From: an uncultured bacterium
GTDB taxonomy: Bacteria; Chloroflexota; UBA5177; JANWHV01
Reading direction: 5' to 3'
Assembly: GCA_963729625.1 (NCBI GenBank)
Contig: CAVSOU010000010.1
Coordinates: 64,001 to 128,000 of the forward strand
Length of the DNA stretch: 64,000 nt
Below the pieces are notes generated by a model. The model did not search any database. It was not told the DNA's origin and saw nothing but the letters and a program-made list of their open reading frames with translations. Every line of letters starts with the position of its first letter. The stretch's first letter is position 1. Positions 10,902-31,468 of the stretch are shown here, piece by piece. The position numbers and the translations under genes are program-made.

Positions 10902-12410
10902 CTAAAACGCCGAAGACTGCCTGAAGGTCTTTACCGCGTCCCTCAGCTTCACTTCAGTCTCAGTCGTGATTTCTCGCTTAGCGGCGATATCTTCCAGAAT
11001 GGCCTTGTGGTTGTTCTCCAGATACAGGTGATACGCGGCTTCGGCGTCTGCCATCCTGTCCAACGGAATATCGTCGAAGTAGCCGTTGACACCAGCGAAA
11101 ATAAGCGTGACCTGCTTCTCAAGCGAGATCGGCAAGAGTTGCGGCTGCTTGAGCAGCTCGGTCATATGCTGGCCGCGGTTCAGCGTGTTCCGCGTCGCCT
11201 TATCCAGGTCCGAGCCGAACTGGCTGAACGCCGCGAGCTCCTGGTACTGCGCGAGATCGAGCTTGAGCTGGCCGGCTACCTGCTTCATGGCTTTGGTCTG
11301 CGCGCTGCTTCCCACGCGTGAGACTGAGATACCGACGTTGATCGCCGGACGGATACCGGCATTGAAGAGGTCGATCTCCAGGAAGATCTGGCCGTCTGTT
11401 ATGGAAATGACGTTCGTTGGAATGTATGCTGACACATCGCCCTGCTGCGTCTCAATAATAGGCAGGGCAGTCAGCGATCCGCCACCGTACTTGTCATTCA
11501 GACGAGCCGCGCGCTCGAGAAGGCGAGAGTGCAGGTAAAATACGTCACCAGGAAAGGCCTCGCGGCCAGGCGGTCGCCGCAGGAGGAGAGACACCTGTCG
11601 ATACGCCTGTGCATGCTTGGTGAGGTCATCGTAGATGATAAGGGCATCACCACCCTGCTCCATGAAGTGCTCGCCAATCGCCGCGCCCGAAAATGGAGCG
11701 ATATACTGCAGTGCCGCGGACTCGGACGCGCTGGCATTGACGATGACCGTGTGCTCGAGCGCGTTGAAACTCTCCAGGATCGCCGCCAGCTCTGCCACGT
11801 TTGACTTCTTCTGGCCGATGGCAACGTAGATGCAGGCGACTCCAGTGCCGCGCTGATTGACAATTGTGTCGACAGCTATTGCGGTCTTGCCCGTCTTGCG
11901 ATCGCCGATGATCAGCTCGCGCTGGCCACGCCCGATAGGCAGCATCGAATCAATTGCCTTGATGCCGGTGGCCAGAGGCACTTTCACCGACTGGCGGGTT
12001 ACAACGCCTGGAGCGACGCGCTCGACAGGCCTGCGTTCAATGAACTCGATCGGGCCCTTTCCATCGATTGGGTTCCCCAGTGGATCGATGACTCGCCCGA
12101 GCAGGCCCTTACCGACCGGCACGGACACGACGCGGCCGGTGCTCTTGACTTCCTGGCCTTCCTGAATCCCTTCGTAGTCACCGAGGATGATGACGCCGAC
12201 CGAGTCCTCCTCGAGGTTTGACGCCATGCCCATGACTCCACTGGGAAACTCGACAAGCTCGCTGTTCATGACGCCCTGCAAGCCGTAGACCTGGGCCACG
12301 CCGTCGCCAACCTCGATGACGGTGCCTACGCTCACCGCAGAGCTCGATTCCGCGAAATGCTCGATCTGATCCTTTATCACCGCGGTGATCTCATCTGCCC
12401 GTATTGCCAT
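10902..12410 (-). CDS. atpA: ATP synthase alpha subunit
   Basis: [31 protein letters not shown]. Confidence 0.99.
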   Translation of the reverse strand: MAIRADEITAVIKDQIEHFAESSSAVSVGTVIEVGDGVAQVYGLQGVMNSELVEFPSGVMGMASNLEEDSVGVIILGDYEGIQEGQEVKSTGRVVSVPVGKGLLGRVIDPLGNPIDGKGPIEFIERRPVERVAPGVVTRQSVKVPLATGIKAIDSMLPIGRGQRELIIGDRKTGKTAIAVDTIVNQRGTGVACIYVAIGQKKSNVAELAAILESFNALEHTVIVNASASESAALQYIAPFSGAAIGEHFMEQGGDALIIYDDLTKHAQAYRQVSLLLRRPPGREAFPGDVFYLHSRLLERAARLNDKYGGGSLTALPIIETQQGDVSAYIPTNVISITDGQIFLEIDLFNAGIRPAINVGISVSRVGSSAQTKAMKQVAGQLKLDLAQYQELAAFSQFGSDLDKATRNTLNRGQHMTELLKQPQLLPISLEKQVTLIFAGVNGYFDDIPLDRMADAEAAYHLYLENNHKAILEDIAAKREITTETEVKLRDAVKTFRQSSAF

Positions 12411-12458
12411 TTGTTTCTTCGCTCCTACTGCCGTCGAACGCTCAGGCTGCCGCTGCCG

Positions 12459-13001
12459 TCAAGCGCGACGGCCGATGACCTGGCTGCGCATGCGATTGAG
12501 CTTCCCGACAATGCTGAGGTCAAGCAGCTGATCCTCGACCTTGATGACGAGCCCTCCAAGGATGTCTGGGTTGATTTGGATCTCTAGCTGGACGTCCTTA
12601 CCGGTCTGACCGGCGAGCAGTGCCCGAAGTTCGTTCGTCTCCTCCGCAGTCAGCTCACATGTAGAGGTCACGTGTGCCACCACTTGGTCGTCGCGCTGGC
12701 GTTCCAGATCGACGAAGTGGCGCGCAATATAGGGAATCAACGACGTCCGCCCGCGCGTTACAAGCAGCAGTAGCATATTCAGTGGTCGGGGGCTGAGGTG
12801 CTCGCCAAGGTGCTGGCGGCATCGGTTGAGGCGTTCGTGTTTGCTGACGCGCGCGTCCTCAAAATAGGCGCGGCGATCCGCGTCCTTCCAGAGCTCGGCC
12901 AAAAGCGCCAGATCGTGTTCCCAGATCCCGAGATCACCGTACTGAAGGCCAAGCTCCAGCGCAGCTTGAGCGTATCGCCGAGCCGAGGTGATGCTTGCCA
13001 T
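12459..13001 (-). CDS. atpH: ATP synthase delta subunit
   Basis: ARRYAQA, INPDILGGLVIKV; operon position. Confidence 0.95.
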   Translation of the reverse strand: MASITSARRYAQAALELGLQYGDLGIWEHDLALLAELWKDADRRAYFEDARVSKHERLNRCRQHLGEHLSPRPLNMLLLLVTRGRTSLIPYIARHFVDLERQRDDQVVAHVTSTCELTAEETNELRALLAGQTGKDVQLEIQINPDILGGLVIKVEDQLLDLSIVGKLNRMRSQVIGRRA

Positions 13002-13532
13002 TTATGATGGCCTGCCCACGGAGAGGCTGTTCGCCTCGGCAATCGCTTGCGCGATCAATCGCCGGTTGTCGGTCGTGTCCAGTGACTTCTCGACCACGCG
13101 CGTGGCGGCCAACAGCGCAAGATCTGCAGTCACTTTCCGCAGATCGTCAATTGCCGCCTGCCGCTCGCGGTCGATCTCGATGCGTCCACGGTCGATCACT
13201 TTTTGGGCTTCGGCTTTCGCCTCGGCGACGATTTGCCCGCGAAGACCGGTCGCGGTCTGGGAGGCCTGGCGCAAGATCTCCTGGGCCTGCGCCCGGGCCT
13301 CGGCGAGCTGGTCGTCGGTTCTGACTTGCGCTTCCTCAGCCGCTTTGCGAGCTTCCTCTGCCGCGGCGAGCCCGGTCCGAATCGTGTTCGCGCGCGCGTC
13401 CATCGCGGTTGTCACGGGATTGTAAAGGAATCGCACGAGCACATACAGAATCAGCGCGAATGCAATGAGCTGTGCGAGAAACGTCCAGTCGATACTGACC
13501 AGATCTTGCGAGAGTATGAGGGGCTTCAGCAT
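13002..13532 (-). CDS. atpF: ATP synthase Fo subunit b
   Basis: N-terminal TM helix then long Ala/Glu-rich coiled coil; operon position. Confidence 0.95.
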   Translation of the reverse strand: MLKPLILSQDLVSIDWTFLAQLIAFALILYVLVRFLYNPVTTAMDARANTIRTGLAAAEEARKAAEEAQVRTDDQLAEARAQAQEILRQASQTATGLRGQIVAEAKAEAQKVIDRGRIEIDRERQAAIDDLRKVTADLALLAATRVVEKSLDTTDNRRLIAQAIAEANSLSVGRPS

Positions 13533-13547
13533 CGAGATCCCTCCGAC

Positions 13548-13835
13548 CTAGGCAAGGCCTTTGGTGAACAGCACCAGGAGTCCAAACACAAGTGCGATGA
13601 TCGGGAACGAGTCGACGATGCCGACGAACAGAAAGGTCAGAGTCAGAAGCGCGCCTCGCGATTCAGGTTGACGAGCCACACCCTCGATCGTACGGCTGGT
13701 AACCAGCGCGTCGCCGATGCCCGCCCCTACCGCGGCGCCCGCGAATATCAAGCCACCGCCGATCAATCCCGCCGCAGAAACGACTTGGGCGCCTGTAATG
13801 CCGGTGCTGGCCGCCAGAAGTACCAATTGGCTCAT
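13548..13835 (-). CDS. atpE: ATP synthase Fo subunit c
   Basis: GAGIGD glycine helix, ARQPE loop, carboxylate in GIVDSF. Confidence 0.95.
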   Translation of the reverse strand: MSQLVLLAASTGITGAQVVSAAGLIGGGLIFAGAAVGAGIGDALVTSRTIEGVARQPESRGALLTLTFLFVGIVDSFPIIALVFGLLVLFTKGLA

Positions 13836-14022
13836 GTCTCGCCTCTCACTACTACTCGATCAAGTACCACCAGAGTGGAACTACGTTCGGTGTACCGCGA
13901 TATCCCAGCCTGCGCCACCGCGCCGGCGCATGCTATTTGCCTCTACCGGGTTGCCAGGATTCCAGTTCCAATCCCGTGGCCCTAAGAAACCTGTGCCTGC
14001 TGCTCACACGAGCGCGACGTCC

Positions 14023-14781
14023 TCAGTGACCCTCAGTATCCGTGCCGATGCCAAAATACGCAATTGTGAGCATGACAAAGACGAAAGCCTGCACGGCACC
14101 GACAAAGATGCTAAATCCCAACCAAATGAAGGACCAGGTCGGTGCCAGCACAAACTGCAGCCACACCGGAGCACTGGCGACGATGACAAGCATGATCTCG
14201 CCCGACGCGATATTACCAAAGAGCCGTAGCGAGAGCGTCACAGGCTTTGAAAGCTCCTCCACGACAAGGATCGGCGCCAGCAATGGCGGCGTTACGAAGT
14301 GCTTGAAAAAGCCCTTCGCCCTGCGGGCTCTGAAGGACTTCACTTCGACATAGCCGATCACGGTCAGTGCGAGCGCAAACGTCGTATTCATGTCCGCCGT
14401 GGGCGACTTAAACAGTCCACCTGAGGGGATAAGGCCCACCAGGTTGCTCAAGAACACGAACAGCGCAAGCGTGAACGCAAGGGGTGCGACCACCCGAGCG
14501 CGCGCCTCGCCGATCTGGCCCTTTGCGGTGTCGATGACGAACTCGAGAATCAGCTCGACGAAGTTTTGCACCGGTCCGGGCACACCGCTGGTCAATTTCC
14601 TGCGCACGGCGACGGCGAGAAGAATGAGCACAGCGGCAACGAGCGCCGTACTGAGCATGGTATCCAGGTGCAGCACGTCACCGACAAGCGCCCCCTGCTT
14701 GGGGTTCGGTCCAACACTCCAATGCTTGCCGATCTCCGTTGAGACGTCTGCCAGCAGCGGTAAGGGTACCGGGATGCTCAC
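14023..14781 (-). CDS. atpB: ATP synthase Fo subunit a
   Basis: SPTADMN, LSLRLFGN (essential Arg), VQAFVFVMLTIAY. Confidence 0.97.
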   Translation of the reverse strand: MSIPVPLPLLADVSTEIGKHWSVGPNPKQGALVGDVLHLDTMLSTALVAAVLILLAVAVRRKLTSGVPGPVQNFVELILEFVIDTAKGQIGEARARVVAPLAFTLALFVFLSNLVGLIPSGGLFKSPTADMNTTFALALTVIGYVEVKSFRARRAKGFFKHFVTPPLLAPILVVEELSKPVTLSLRLFGNIASGEIMLVIVASAPVWLQFVLAPTWSFIWLGFSIFVGAVQAFVFVMLTIAYFGIGTDTEGH

Positions 14782-14799
14782 GCGTGTTTCTTCCTCTCC

Positions 14800-15174
14800 C
14801 TAGAGATCCGAACGCAAGAGGTACCGCGCACCGACTACATTTGCCACGACGATGGGATAAACGATCCCGACAAGCACCGCGCCGAAACTCAACGTCGAGT
14901 GCAGCCTGATTGCCATGACCGTCGCCAGGCCGATCATGAGGAATCGCATGAACGTGCCCGTCCGCATCATGATAGCGGTCTCGCGCGCCGAACCAAAAGC
15001 GCCGATTCGCGCAACCCGATTGGCCAACATCATCTCGTTGCAGACGCCGACCGCAGTGCCGAAGAGCAGGCCACTTCCCTCACGCGAGTGACCAGTGAGC
15101 CGCAGCATTCCCGCGCATACGAGGCCCACCGCACAGGACACCAAAATGGTTCTGACGACGACGACCCTAAGCAT
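14800..15174 (-). CDS. atpI: ATP synthase subunit I-like membrane protein
   Basis: Hydrophobic 124-aa protein with about four TM segments directly upstream of atpB. Confidence 0.75.
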   Translation of the reverse strand: MLRVVVVRTILVSCAVGLVCAGMLRLTGHSREGSGLLFGTAVGVCNEMMLANRVARIGAFGSARETAIMMRTGTFMRFLMIGLATVMAIRLHSTLSFGAVLVGIVYPIVVANVVGARYLLRSDL

Positions 15175-15238
15175 GCACAGAAACGCGAGCCAAGGCGCCG
15201 CCGCCCAGAGGGCTATCCATCACCCGAACCACACCAGT

Positions 15239-15463
15239 CTACTGCAAAACGCGACGAATCAGCAGGTACGCCGAACAGCCGCCTCCAGCGATTCCGAACA
15301 CACTCCCCAGCACGAGCCCTACCGGGCTTATCCCGAGCCTACCGTCGACGTAGCTTCCCAGAAGCACGCAAACCAGCAGTACACATGCAAAATCCAGCCC
15401 GATGGTCGTGGTCAATGCCATCGACCGCGCGAGCTGCGAACCCAAACCACCCGAGGACTTCAT
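15239..15463 (-). CDS. AtpZ/AtpI (ATPase gene 1) family small membrane protein
   Basis: GSYVDGRLGISP motif between two hydrophobic helices; first gene of atp operon; start uncertain. Confidence 0.75.
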   Translation of the reverse strand: MKSSGGLGSQLARSMALTTTIGLDFACVLLVCVLLGSYVDGRLGISPVGLVLGSVFGIAGGGCSAYLLIRRVLQ

Positions 15464-15710
15464 CGGCGATTTGATTCCTCGTTTATGCGTGCTCCAGTGT
15501 ACCATCAGCGTAACCAGCGCTGCAACGGGCCCAAGGTCGCATCAATCCGCCCCTCCTTGCCGCGCTGCGCCCGCTCGCATACACTATTATGGCCGATCTT
15601 TCACAGGGCGATGCTGGTGTTTGCCGTATGAAAGCCTTTACGAACGTGGGCGAGAGTGCAGCCAGCGCACTGGTGACACTGTATCCTAATCATTAAGGAG
15701 ATCTTGGAGC

Positions 15711-15881
15711 ATGGGGAAGACGCACCGCGGTAAGGGCCTCGCAGGCACCCCCGCGCACGGCAGGGGATCGTGCCCGACGTGCGGTCGCACGCGCATCAAG
15801 TTGCTGTATAGCGCGACCAACGGCAGCGAACAAGTGAAGGTGTGCAAGAACTGCCGCAACAAGACGTTTGCGGGCAGGTAG
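15711..15881 (+). CDS. 56-aa basic double-CxxC zinc-ribbon small protein
   Basis: Below ORF-track cutoff; AAGGAG and GGAG upstream; MGKTHRGKGLAGTPAHGRGSCPTCGRTRIKLLYSATNGSEQVKVCKNCRNKTFAGR. Confidence 0.8.
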   Translation: MGKTHRGKGLAGTPAHGRGSCPTCGRTRIKLLYSATNGSEQVKVCKNCRNKTFAGR

Positions 15882-16082
15882 CTCGGGCAGCCCGCTCGCA
15901 ACCTGGCGGTTTAGGTGGGCCAAGCCGCGGACACTATTGATCGTCAGCCGCGTTAGCACGAATGTGCTATCGATCAAGGGATTCCTTCTCGGCGGCCTGT
16001 CGCGTTGAAAGCGAGCGCACTATCTAGCGAGGTGCTCTAGAGCCATCGGTCAGAAGGTTGTCTCGGGACGCATGGAAGCGCC

Positions 16083-16112
16083 TTGCCAAGCGGGGCGTGA
16101 TTGTGTTACCAT
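16083..16112 (+). promoter_or_regulatory. Candidate sigma70 promoter for rpoBC
   Basis: TTGCCA-18 nt-TACCAT with extended TG. Confidence 0.55.
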
Positions 16113-16204
16113 TTTTTGTTGCCGGGTGGAGCGGAGGGTGAGTCTTGCCCTGCGAACCCGGTTGTACCACCCACGATCCTCGAAGTGAAGGAGAGGACAG
16201 CCGT

Positions 16205-19708
<3,504 letters not shown>

Positions 19709-19858
19709 CCGGCAAGCCGGAGCCGCGGCCCTGAGGGTCGACGGCTCCAGCACGGTTTGGCGCCTGATGCACGCAGGTTGGTCACGGGGCAGGTTGCGCC
19801 CTAGCCGCGCTTTCGGACGAATGCCGTTCGTTAGCCCTCAGTCCTACTTGGGGGGAAC

Positions 19859-24814
<4,956 letters not shown>

Positions 24815-24828
24815 TTGGATTGGCTGGA

Positions 24829-24868
24829 AGATCGAGCACCGGCGGGAGCTCCCGCCGGTGCTCGATCT
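24829..24868. terminator. 40-bp perfect palindrome after rpoC, probable terminator or processing hairpin
   Basis: AGATCGAGCACCGGCGGGAG|CTCCCGCCGGTGCTCGATCT; no U-tract. Confidence 0.55.
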
Positions 24869-24956
24869 CACCCGCGTGACAGGCAGCCCGTCTGCCCTGC
24901 AGGTGTATTCCCGCTTGTATCTGGCCGCGAACCTGAGAAGATGGCTGGGCGTGGCG

Positions 24957-24985
24957 TTGACGACGGCGGGGTCTACTGGTAAAAT
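24957..24985 (+). promoter_or_regulatory. Sigma70 promoter of str operon
   Basis: TTGACG-17 nt-TAAAAT with extended TG. Confidence 0.7.
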
Positions 24986-25091
24986 GGGAAATCGTGGCCA
25001 TAAGTCGGTTGACTTTTTGTCCTCCGGGTAGTGGTTCGGTCAAGCTGTGCCTCCACAAATGACCATCTTGCAAACAAGAGGGATAGGAATC

Positions 25092-25535
25092 GTGCCTACG
25101 ATCCGGCAGTTGGTTCGCAAGGGCCGCGCCCGAACACCGAAGAAGACGGCTGCCCCGGCGCTCCGGTGGGCGTACAACTCACTCGAGCAAAAACCGCTCA
25201 GGCTAAAAGGGGCTCCCCAAAAGCGTGGTGTATGCACACAGGTGAAGACAATCACGCCGAAGAAGCCCAATTCAGCCCTTCGCAAGATAGCGCGCGTTCG
25301 CCTAAGTAACGGCTATGAGGTCACCGCGTACATTCCGGGCGAAGGTCACAATCTGCAGGAGCACTCTGTCGTCTTGATCCGTGGCGGTCGCGTGAAGGAT
25401 CTTCCAGGCGTTCGCTACCATATTGTCCGCGGCACGCTTGATGCCGCGGGTGTCAAGGATCGCAAACAGGGGCGATCAAAGTACGGGGCGAAACGTCCGA
25501 AGGCCGGCGATGCAAAAGCTGGCGGCAAGCGCTAA
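25092..25535 (+). CDS. rpsL: 30S ribosomal protein S12
   Basis: [32 protein letters not shown]; GTG start. Confidence 0.99.
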   Translation: MPTIRQLVRKGRARTPKKTAAPALRWAYNSLEQKPLRLKGAPQKRGVCTQVKTITPKKPNSALRKIARVRLSNGYEVTAYIPGEGHNLQEHSVVLIRGGRVKDLPGVRYHIVRGTLDAAGVKDRKQGRSKYGAKRPKAGDAKAGGKR

Positions 25536-25753
25536 GTGATTGGCGGGCCCTGTTCCGGCGCCTGAGTGACGCACCGGGACATAGCTAGCGGATGGCACGT
25601 CCAGAGGCACTGCGGGGAGGTCGGTTGGACTGATCTCTCTCGTCAGTGCCTCTGGCTGTGCCAGAGACGTTGGGGAGAAACGGTACTGGGGGTGGGCGCG
25701 ATGCGCGTCCACACATCGCAGGGCAATTGTTGTGGTTGATTAGGGGGATCGAG

Positions 25754-26224
25754 ATGCCGCGTCGCGCACGCGTTAGCCGTCGAGTGTTGACACCGGATGC
25801 ACGGTTTGCGAGCAAGACTGTTTCGAAGTTCATCAATTGTCTGATGAAGGGTGGAAAGAAGTCCATCTCTGAAGGCATTTTCTATGGAGCCATGGACCAA
25901 ATCGAGCACCAAACCCATAAGCCTCCGATGGACACATTTGACCTGGCCATGCGAAATGCCACTCCTATCCTGGAAGTGAAGCCGCGGCGCGTAGGTGGTT
26001 CCACGTACCAGGTGCCGGTCGAAATACGCGGCGATCGCCGCACGGCGCTGGCCATGCGCTGGCTGATTCGCTCTGCCCGAGCTCGGTCCGGGAAATCGAT
26101 GGCAGACAAGCTGGCTGCAGAGCTTCGCGATGCAGCCAACGGAACTGGCGCAACCGTGAAACGACGAGAAGACACACATAAGATGGCGGAGTCTAACAAG
26201 GCATACGCCCACTATCGTTGGTAG
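25754..26224 (+). CDS. rpsG: 30S ribosomal protein S7
   Basis: MPRR, RRVGGSTYQVPVE, HKMAESNKAYAHYRW. Confidence 0.99.
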   Translation: MPRRARVSRRVLTPDARFASKTVSKFINCLMKGGKKSISEGIFYGAMDQIEHQTHKPPMDTFDLAMRNATPILEVKPRRVGGSTYQVPVEIRGDRRTALAMRWLIRSARARSGKSMADKLAAELRDAANGTGATVKRREDTHKMAESNKAYAHYRW

Positions 26225-26306
26225 TATTCGGGGTTGTCATGCGCGTTGGGTAGAGCCGACGTGCTCGGGGTGACCGCGGACGCTCTATCGAACCAGGGAG
26301 ATAAGC

Positions 26307-28388
26307 ATGCCTCGCGCTGTTCCGCTCGAGCGGACAAGAAACATTGGCATCATCGCTCATATCGATGCGGGTAAGACCACGACGACGGAGCGCATCCTGT
26401 TCTATACCGGTCGCATCCATAAGGTCGGCGAGGTCCACGAGGGCGCCGCCACGATGGACTGGATGGAGCAGGAGAAGGAACGCGGCATTACGATTACGTC
26501 TGCGGCTACCACGTGCTTCTGGAATGAGCATCGTATCAACATTATCGATACCCCGGGCCATGTCGACTTCACGGCTGAAGTAGAGCGATCGCTGCGCGTC
26601 CTCGATGGGGGAGTAGTCGTACTAGACGGCGTAGCAGGTGTCGAACCGCAATCCGAAAAGGTGTGGCGTCAGGCCGATAGATACAATGTGCCTCGAATCG
26701 TCTTCGCCAATAAGATGGATCGCACCGGCGCCGATTTCTGGCGTTGTGTCGCTATGCTCAAAGAGCGGCTGGGCGCGAATTCGGTGCCGGCGCAGCTTCC
26801 GATCGGCATCGAGGCGACATTCCGGGGCATCATCGACCTTATGGAGATGAAGGCCACGCTCTACCACGACGAGCGTGGAGCGAACTACACGGTCGAGGAG
26901 ATTCCGTCGGATCTTCGTGAGGAGGCGCAGAAACATCACGAGATCCTGGTCGAAAAGATTATCGAGTCGGCCGGCGACGACGAGCTGCTTGGCCGCTTCC
27001 TCGAGGGTGATTCGTTCTCAATGAGCGAGCTGAAGGCCGCTCTGAGAAAAGGCGTCCTTGCGGGCAGTATTAGCCCCGTATTTTGTGGCTCCGCCCTTCG
27101 CAACAAAGGCGTGCAGCCGATGTTGGACGCCGTGATAGACTACCTCCCATCACCCCTCGACCTTCCACCTGTGGAGGGCATAGACCCGTCTACGGACGAG
27201 ACTGTATCGCGATCCGCCTCCGAGGCGGAGCCGTTTGCCGCGCTGGCATTTAAGATCGTCTCCGACCCGTATGTTGGACGGCTCTGCTACTTCCGAGTGT
27301 ATTCAGGCAAGCTCTCAGCGGGCTCGTACCTGCTCAATTCGTCGAAGCACAACCGCGAGCGAGTCGGTCGCTTGCTGCAAATGCATGCTGACCACCGCGA
27401 GGACATTACAGAGGTGTATGCGGGCGACATTGCCGCGGTAGTCGGACTGAAGAATACGTTTACCGGCGATACGCTGTGCGATCCTGCCGCCCCCGTGATC
27501 CTCGAGGCGATCAAGTTCGCTGAGCCGGTGATCTCCGTGGCGATCGAGCCGAAGTCAAAACCCGATCAGGACAAGATGGGCAATGCGTTGACCCGCCTTG
27601 CGGAGGAAGACCCGACCTTCCGCGTGCGGACCGACGAGGAGACAAACCAGACAATCATTTCCGGCATGGGCGAGCTGCACCTCGAGATCATGGTGGATCG
27701 CATGCGCCGAGAGTTCAGCGTGAACGCGAATACCGGACGCCCACAGGTTGCGTATCGCGAAGCCATTACCTCCACGGCGCAGCAACACCATCGGTACGCT
27801 CGCCAGTCAGGAGGCAAGGGCCAGTTCGCCGACGTGTGGATCGAAGTTTCCCCTCTCGAGCGCGGCGCCGGCTACGTGTTCGAAGACAAGATTACAGGCG
27901 GCGCCATTCCACGCGAGTTCATCCCTGCCGTCAAAGAGGGCGCGTTCGAGGCGGCGCGGAATGGCGTGATTGCCGGGTATCCCTTGGTAGACATCAAAGT
28001 CAAATTGTTCGACGGCACATTCCATGAGGTCGACTCATCCGAGCAGGCGTTCCACATCGCCGGATCGATTGCACTGAAGGAAGCCGTGCGCAAGGCGAGC
28101 CCAACGATTCTCGAACCAGTCATGCGGGTAGAGGTGAATACACCCGAAGACTTCATGGGCGAAATCATGGGGGACCTGACGTCGAGGCGCGGACACATCG
28201 AAGCCATGGATCAGCTCGGTAATGGCAGAATCATCCGGGCGCTGGTTCCATTGTCGGAGATGTTCGGATATACTACTTCGTTGCGGTCCATGACACAGGG
28301 TCGGGCGCAGAACACCATGGAGCCCTCGCACTACGACTTCGTGCCGAGAAACATCTACGAGGAACTCACGCAGAAGGCCAAGGTGTAA
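26307..28388 (+). CDS. fusA: Elongation factor G
   Basis: [31 protein letters not shown]. Confidence 0.99.
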   Translation: MPRAVPLERTRNIGIIAHIDAGKTTTTERILFYTGRIHKVGEVHEGAATMDWMEQEKERGITITSAATTCFWNEHRINIIDTPGHVDFTAEVERSLRVLDGGVVVLDGVAGVEPQSEKVWRQADRYNVPRIVFANKMDRTGADFWRCVAMLKERLGANSVPAQLPIGIEATFRGIIDLMEMKATLYHDERGANYTVEEIPSDLREEAQKHHEILVEKIIESAGDDELLGRFLEGDSFSMSELKAALRKGVLAGSISPVFCGSALRNKGVQPMLDAVIDYLPSPLDLPPVEGIDPSTDETVSRSASEAEPFAALAFKIVSDPYVGRLCYFRVYSGKLSAGSYLLNSSKHNRERVGRLLQMHADHREDITEVYAGDIAAVVGLKNTFTGDTLCDPAAPVILEAIKFAEPVISVAIEPKSKPDQDKMGNALTRLAEEDPTFRVRTDEETNQTIISGMGELHLEIMVDRMRREFSVNANTGRPQVAYREAITSTAQQHHRYARQSGGKGQFADVWIEVSPLERGAGYVFEDKITGGAIPREFIPAVKEGAFEAARNGVIAGYPLVDIKVKLFDGTFHEVDSSEQAFHIAGSIALKEAVRKASPTILEPVMRVEVNTPEDFMGEIMGDLTSRRGHIEAMDQLGNGRIIRALVPLSEMFGYTTSLRSMTQGRAQNTMEPSHYDFVPRNIYEELTQKAKV

Positions 28389-28538
28389 TCGTGCTGTTCA
28401 AGGATTCGGCTGGCTTCGCTGGGCCGGCCCCAGACGGTGCAACCTCTGTAAAACGCATGTCACGTCTGGCGATACAAGGGTGCGCGGGGCGGTTGGTACT
28501 GCAGCTGCCCATGGGTATTGAGGATACGGGAGAGAGTA

Positions 28539-29744
<1,206 letters not shown>

Positions 29745-29813
29745 CCCCTACGGTCGAGCCGCCGATGTCACATGAGGCTCCGGCGGCCTAGCCTGAGGGG
29801 TGGAAGGAGTAAA

Positions 29814-30122
29814 ATGGCCAAGCAACGCATTCGCATCCGGCTCAAGGCATACGATCACAAGGTTCTAGACCAGTCTGCTCGACAGATTGTGGAAACCGCC
29901 CAGCGTACTGGCGCGGAAGTGTCGGGCCCGGTTCCCCTTCCGACTGACATCCAGCGCTTCACGGTGATCCGGTCGCCTTTCATCGACAAGGACTCTCGGG
30001 AGCAGTTTGAAATCCGGACTCATAAGCGACTGATTGATGTTCTGGATCCCAATCCGCGCACGCTTGAGTCGCTCGCGAAACTGTCGTTGCCAGCCGGCGT
30101 CGACATCGAGATGAAGCTGTAG
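29814..30122 (+). CDS. rpsJ: 30S ribosomal protein S10
   Basis: [30 protein letters not shown]. Confidence 0.99.
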   Translation: MAKQRIRIRLKAYDHKVLDQSARQIVETAQRTGAEVSGPVPLPTDIQRFTVIRSPFIDKDSREQFEIRTHKRLIDVLDPNPRTLESLAKLSLPAGVDIEMKL

Positions 30123-30136
30123 CTGGAGAGAAGCTG

Positions 30137-30772
30137 ATGGACCACATTCTGGGCCGTAAGGTCGGCATGACGCAGGTGTTCGCTGAGGACGGCAGCGTCG
30201 TTCCGGTCACGGTAATCCAGGCGGGACCGTGCTTCGTGACTGCCGTCCGCACGACGGTGAAGGACGGCTACCAAGCCGTTCAGGTTGCGTTCGACTCAAC
30301 GCGGAAGCGTTTGACCAAGCCGAAGGCCGGATACCTGAAGAAGCGCAATCTCGGCAATTTCCGCGTTCTTCGAGAGTTGCGGACGGATGCGAGCGATGTC
30401 GAGGTTGGCAAGCCGATTACCGTGGAGATATTTGCTAAGGGTGACTTTGTGGATGTCACCGGCACGACCAAGGGCAAGGGTTTTCAAGGTGGAGTGAAGC
30501 GATATGGCTTCGCCGGTGGGCCCAAGACTCATGGCCAGTCGGATCGACTGCGCGCACCCGGATCGATCGGATCCGGCACAACGCCGGGGCGTGTGTTCAA
30601 GGGAACGCACATGGCCGGCCATATGGGCAACGAGCGACACACCGTTTTGAACTTGCAGGTCGTGGGAGTTGACGCGGACAACAGTTTATTGCTGGTAAAG
30701 GGACCTGTTCCCGGTGCGGATCAGGGCCTGGTCACAGTGCGGCGAGCTGTCAAGAAGCAGCCTCCGAAGTGA
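30137..30772 (+). CDS. rplC: 50S ribosomal protein L3
   Basis: [19 protein letters not shown]. Confidence 0.99.
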   Translation: MDHILGRKVGMTQVFAEDGSVVPVTVIQAGPCFVTAVRTTVKDGYQAVQVAFDSTRKRLTKPKAGYLKKRNLGNFRVLRELRTDASDVEVGKPITVEIFAKGDFVDVTGTTKGKGFQGGVKRYGFAGGPKTHGQSDRLRAPGSIGSGTTPGRVFKGTHMAGHMGNERHTVLNLQVVGVDADNSLLLVKGPVPGADQGLVTVRRAVKKQPPK

Positions 30773-30844
30773 CCACCGTCAACCGCGAGTCCCGGACCAC
30801 GAGGTTCCGGGACTGGGCGCTGATAGGTTAAAGGACAACATCGA

Positions 30845-31468
30845 ATGCCTCAATTACAGGTCTTTAGTGCCGCGGGCGCGGCGGTCTCCGCCCTTGATGT
30901 CAGCGACCGCGTATTTGACGCGCCTGAAAACACCGCTCTGGTGCATCAGGCCGTCGTCGCGTATCTCGCGAATCAGCGTCAAGGCACCGCGAAGGTGCTT
31001 ACTCGCGGAGAAGTCTCCGGCGGCGGCAAGAAACCGTATCGCCAAAAGGGCACGGGCAGAGCGCGGCAGGGCAGCACGCGTGCCCCCCAGTGGATCGGTG
31101 GCGGCGTGGTCTTTGGACCGTTGCCGCGTGAGTGGCGACAACGCGTTCCGCAGAAGATGCGACAGGGCGCCCTGCGCTGCGTCTTATCCGACAAGGTGCG
31201 GCAGGACCGCCTTCGGGTCATCGACGCATTTGGCCTGACTGTACCGCGAACCAAGGCCATGGTCGAGGTTCTGAAGGCGCTATCGCTGTCGCGCAAAGTC
31301 CTCGTCGTCCTCGACGAGCGCGACGACTTCGTGCTCGAGAGCTCGCGGAACATTCCGGACGTGCGCCTGGTTCCTGCCTCTATCCTGAACACGTACGATG
31401 TGATTAACGCGGATTGGGTGCTGACGACTCCCGCGACCATTCGTTCGATCGAGGGGAAGTTGGGCTGA
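30845..31468 (+). CDS. rplD: 50S ribosomal protein L4
   Basis: RGEVSGGGKKPYRQKGTGRARQGS. Confidence 0.99.
   Translation: MPQLQVFSAAGAAVSALDVSDRVFDAPENTALVHQAVVAYLANQRQGTAKVLTRGEVSGGGKKPYRQKGTGRARQGSTRAPQWIGGGVVFGPLPREWRQRVPQKMRQGALRCVLSDKVRQDRLRVIDAFGLTVPRTKAMVEVLKALSLSRKVLVVLDERDDFVLESSRNIPDVRLVPASILNTYDVINADWVLTTPATIRSIEGKLG

Noticed and set aside
15711-15881. Ribosomal protein L28/L32/L33 assignment
   Set aside because: Cys spacing and flanking motifs do not match those families as I know them; left unnamed.
30787-30825. Guanidine-II riboswitch (ACGA-loop hairpin between rplC and rplD)
   Set aside because: Single hairpin only, and the gene context does not fit guanidine export.
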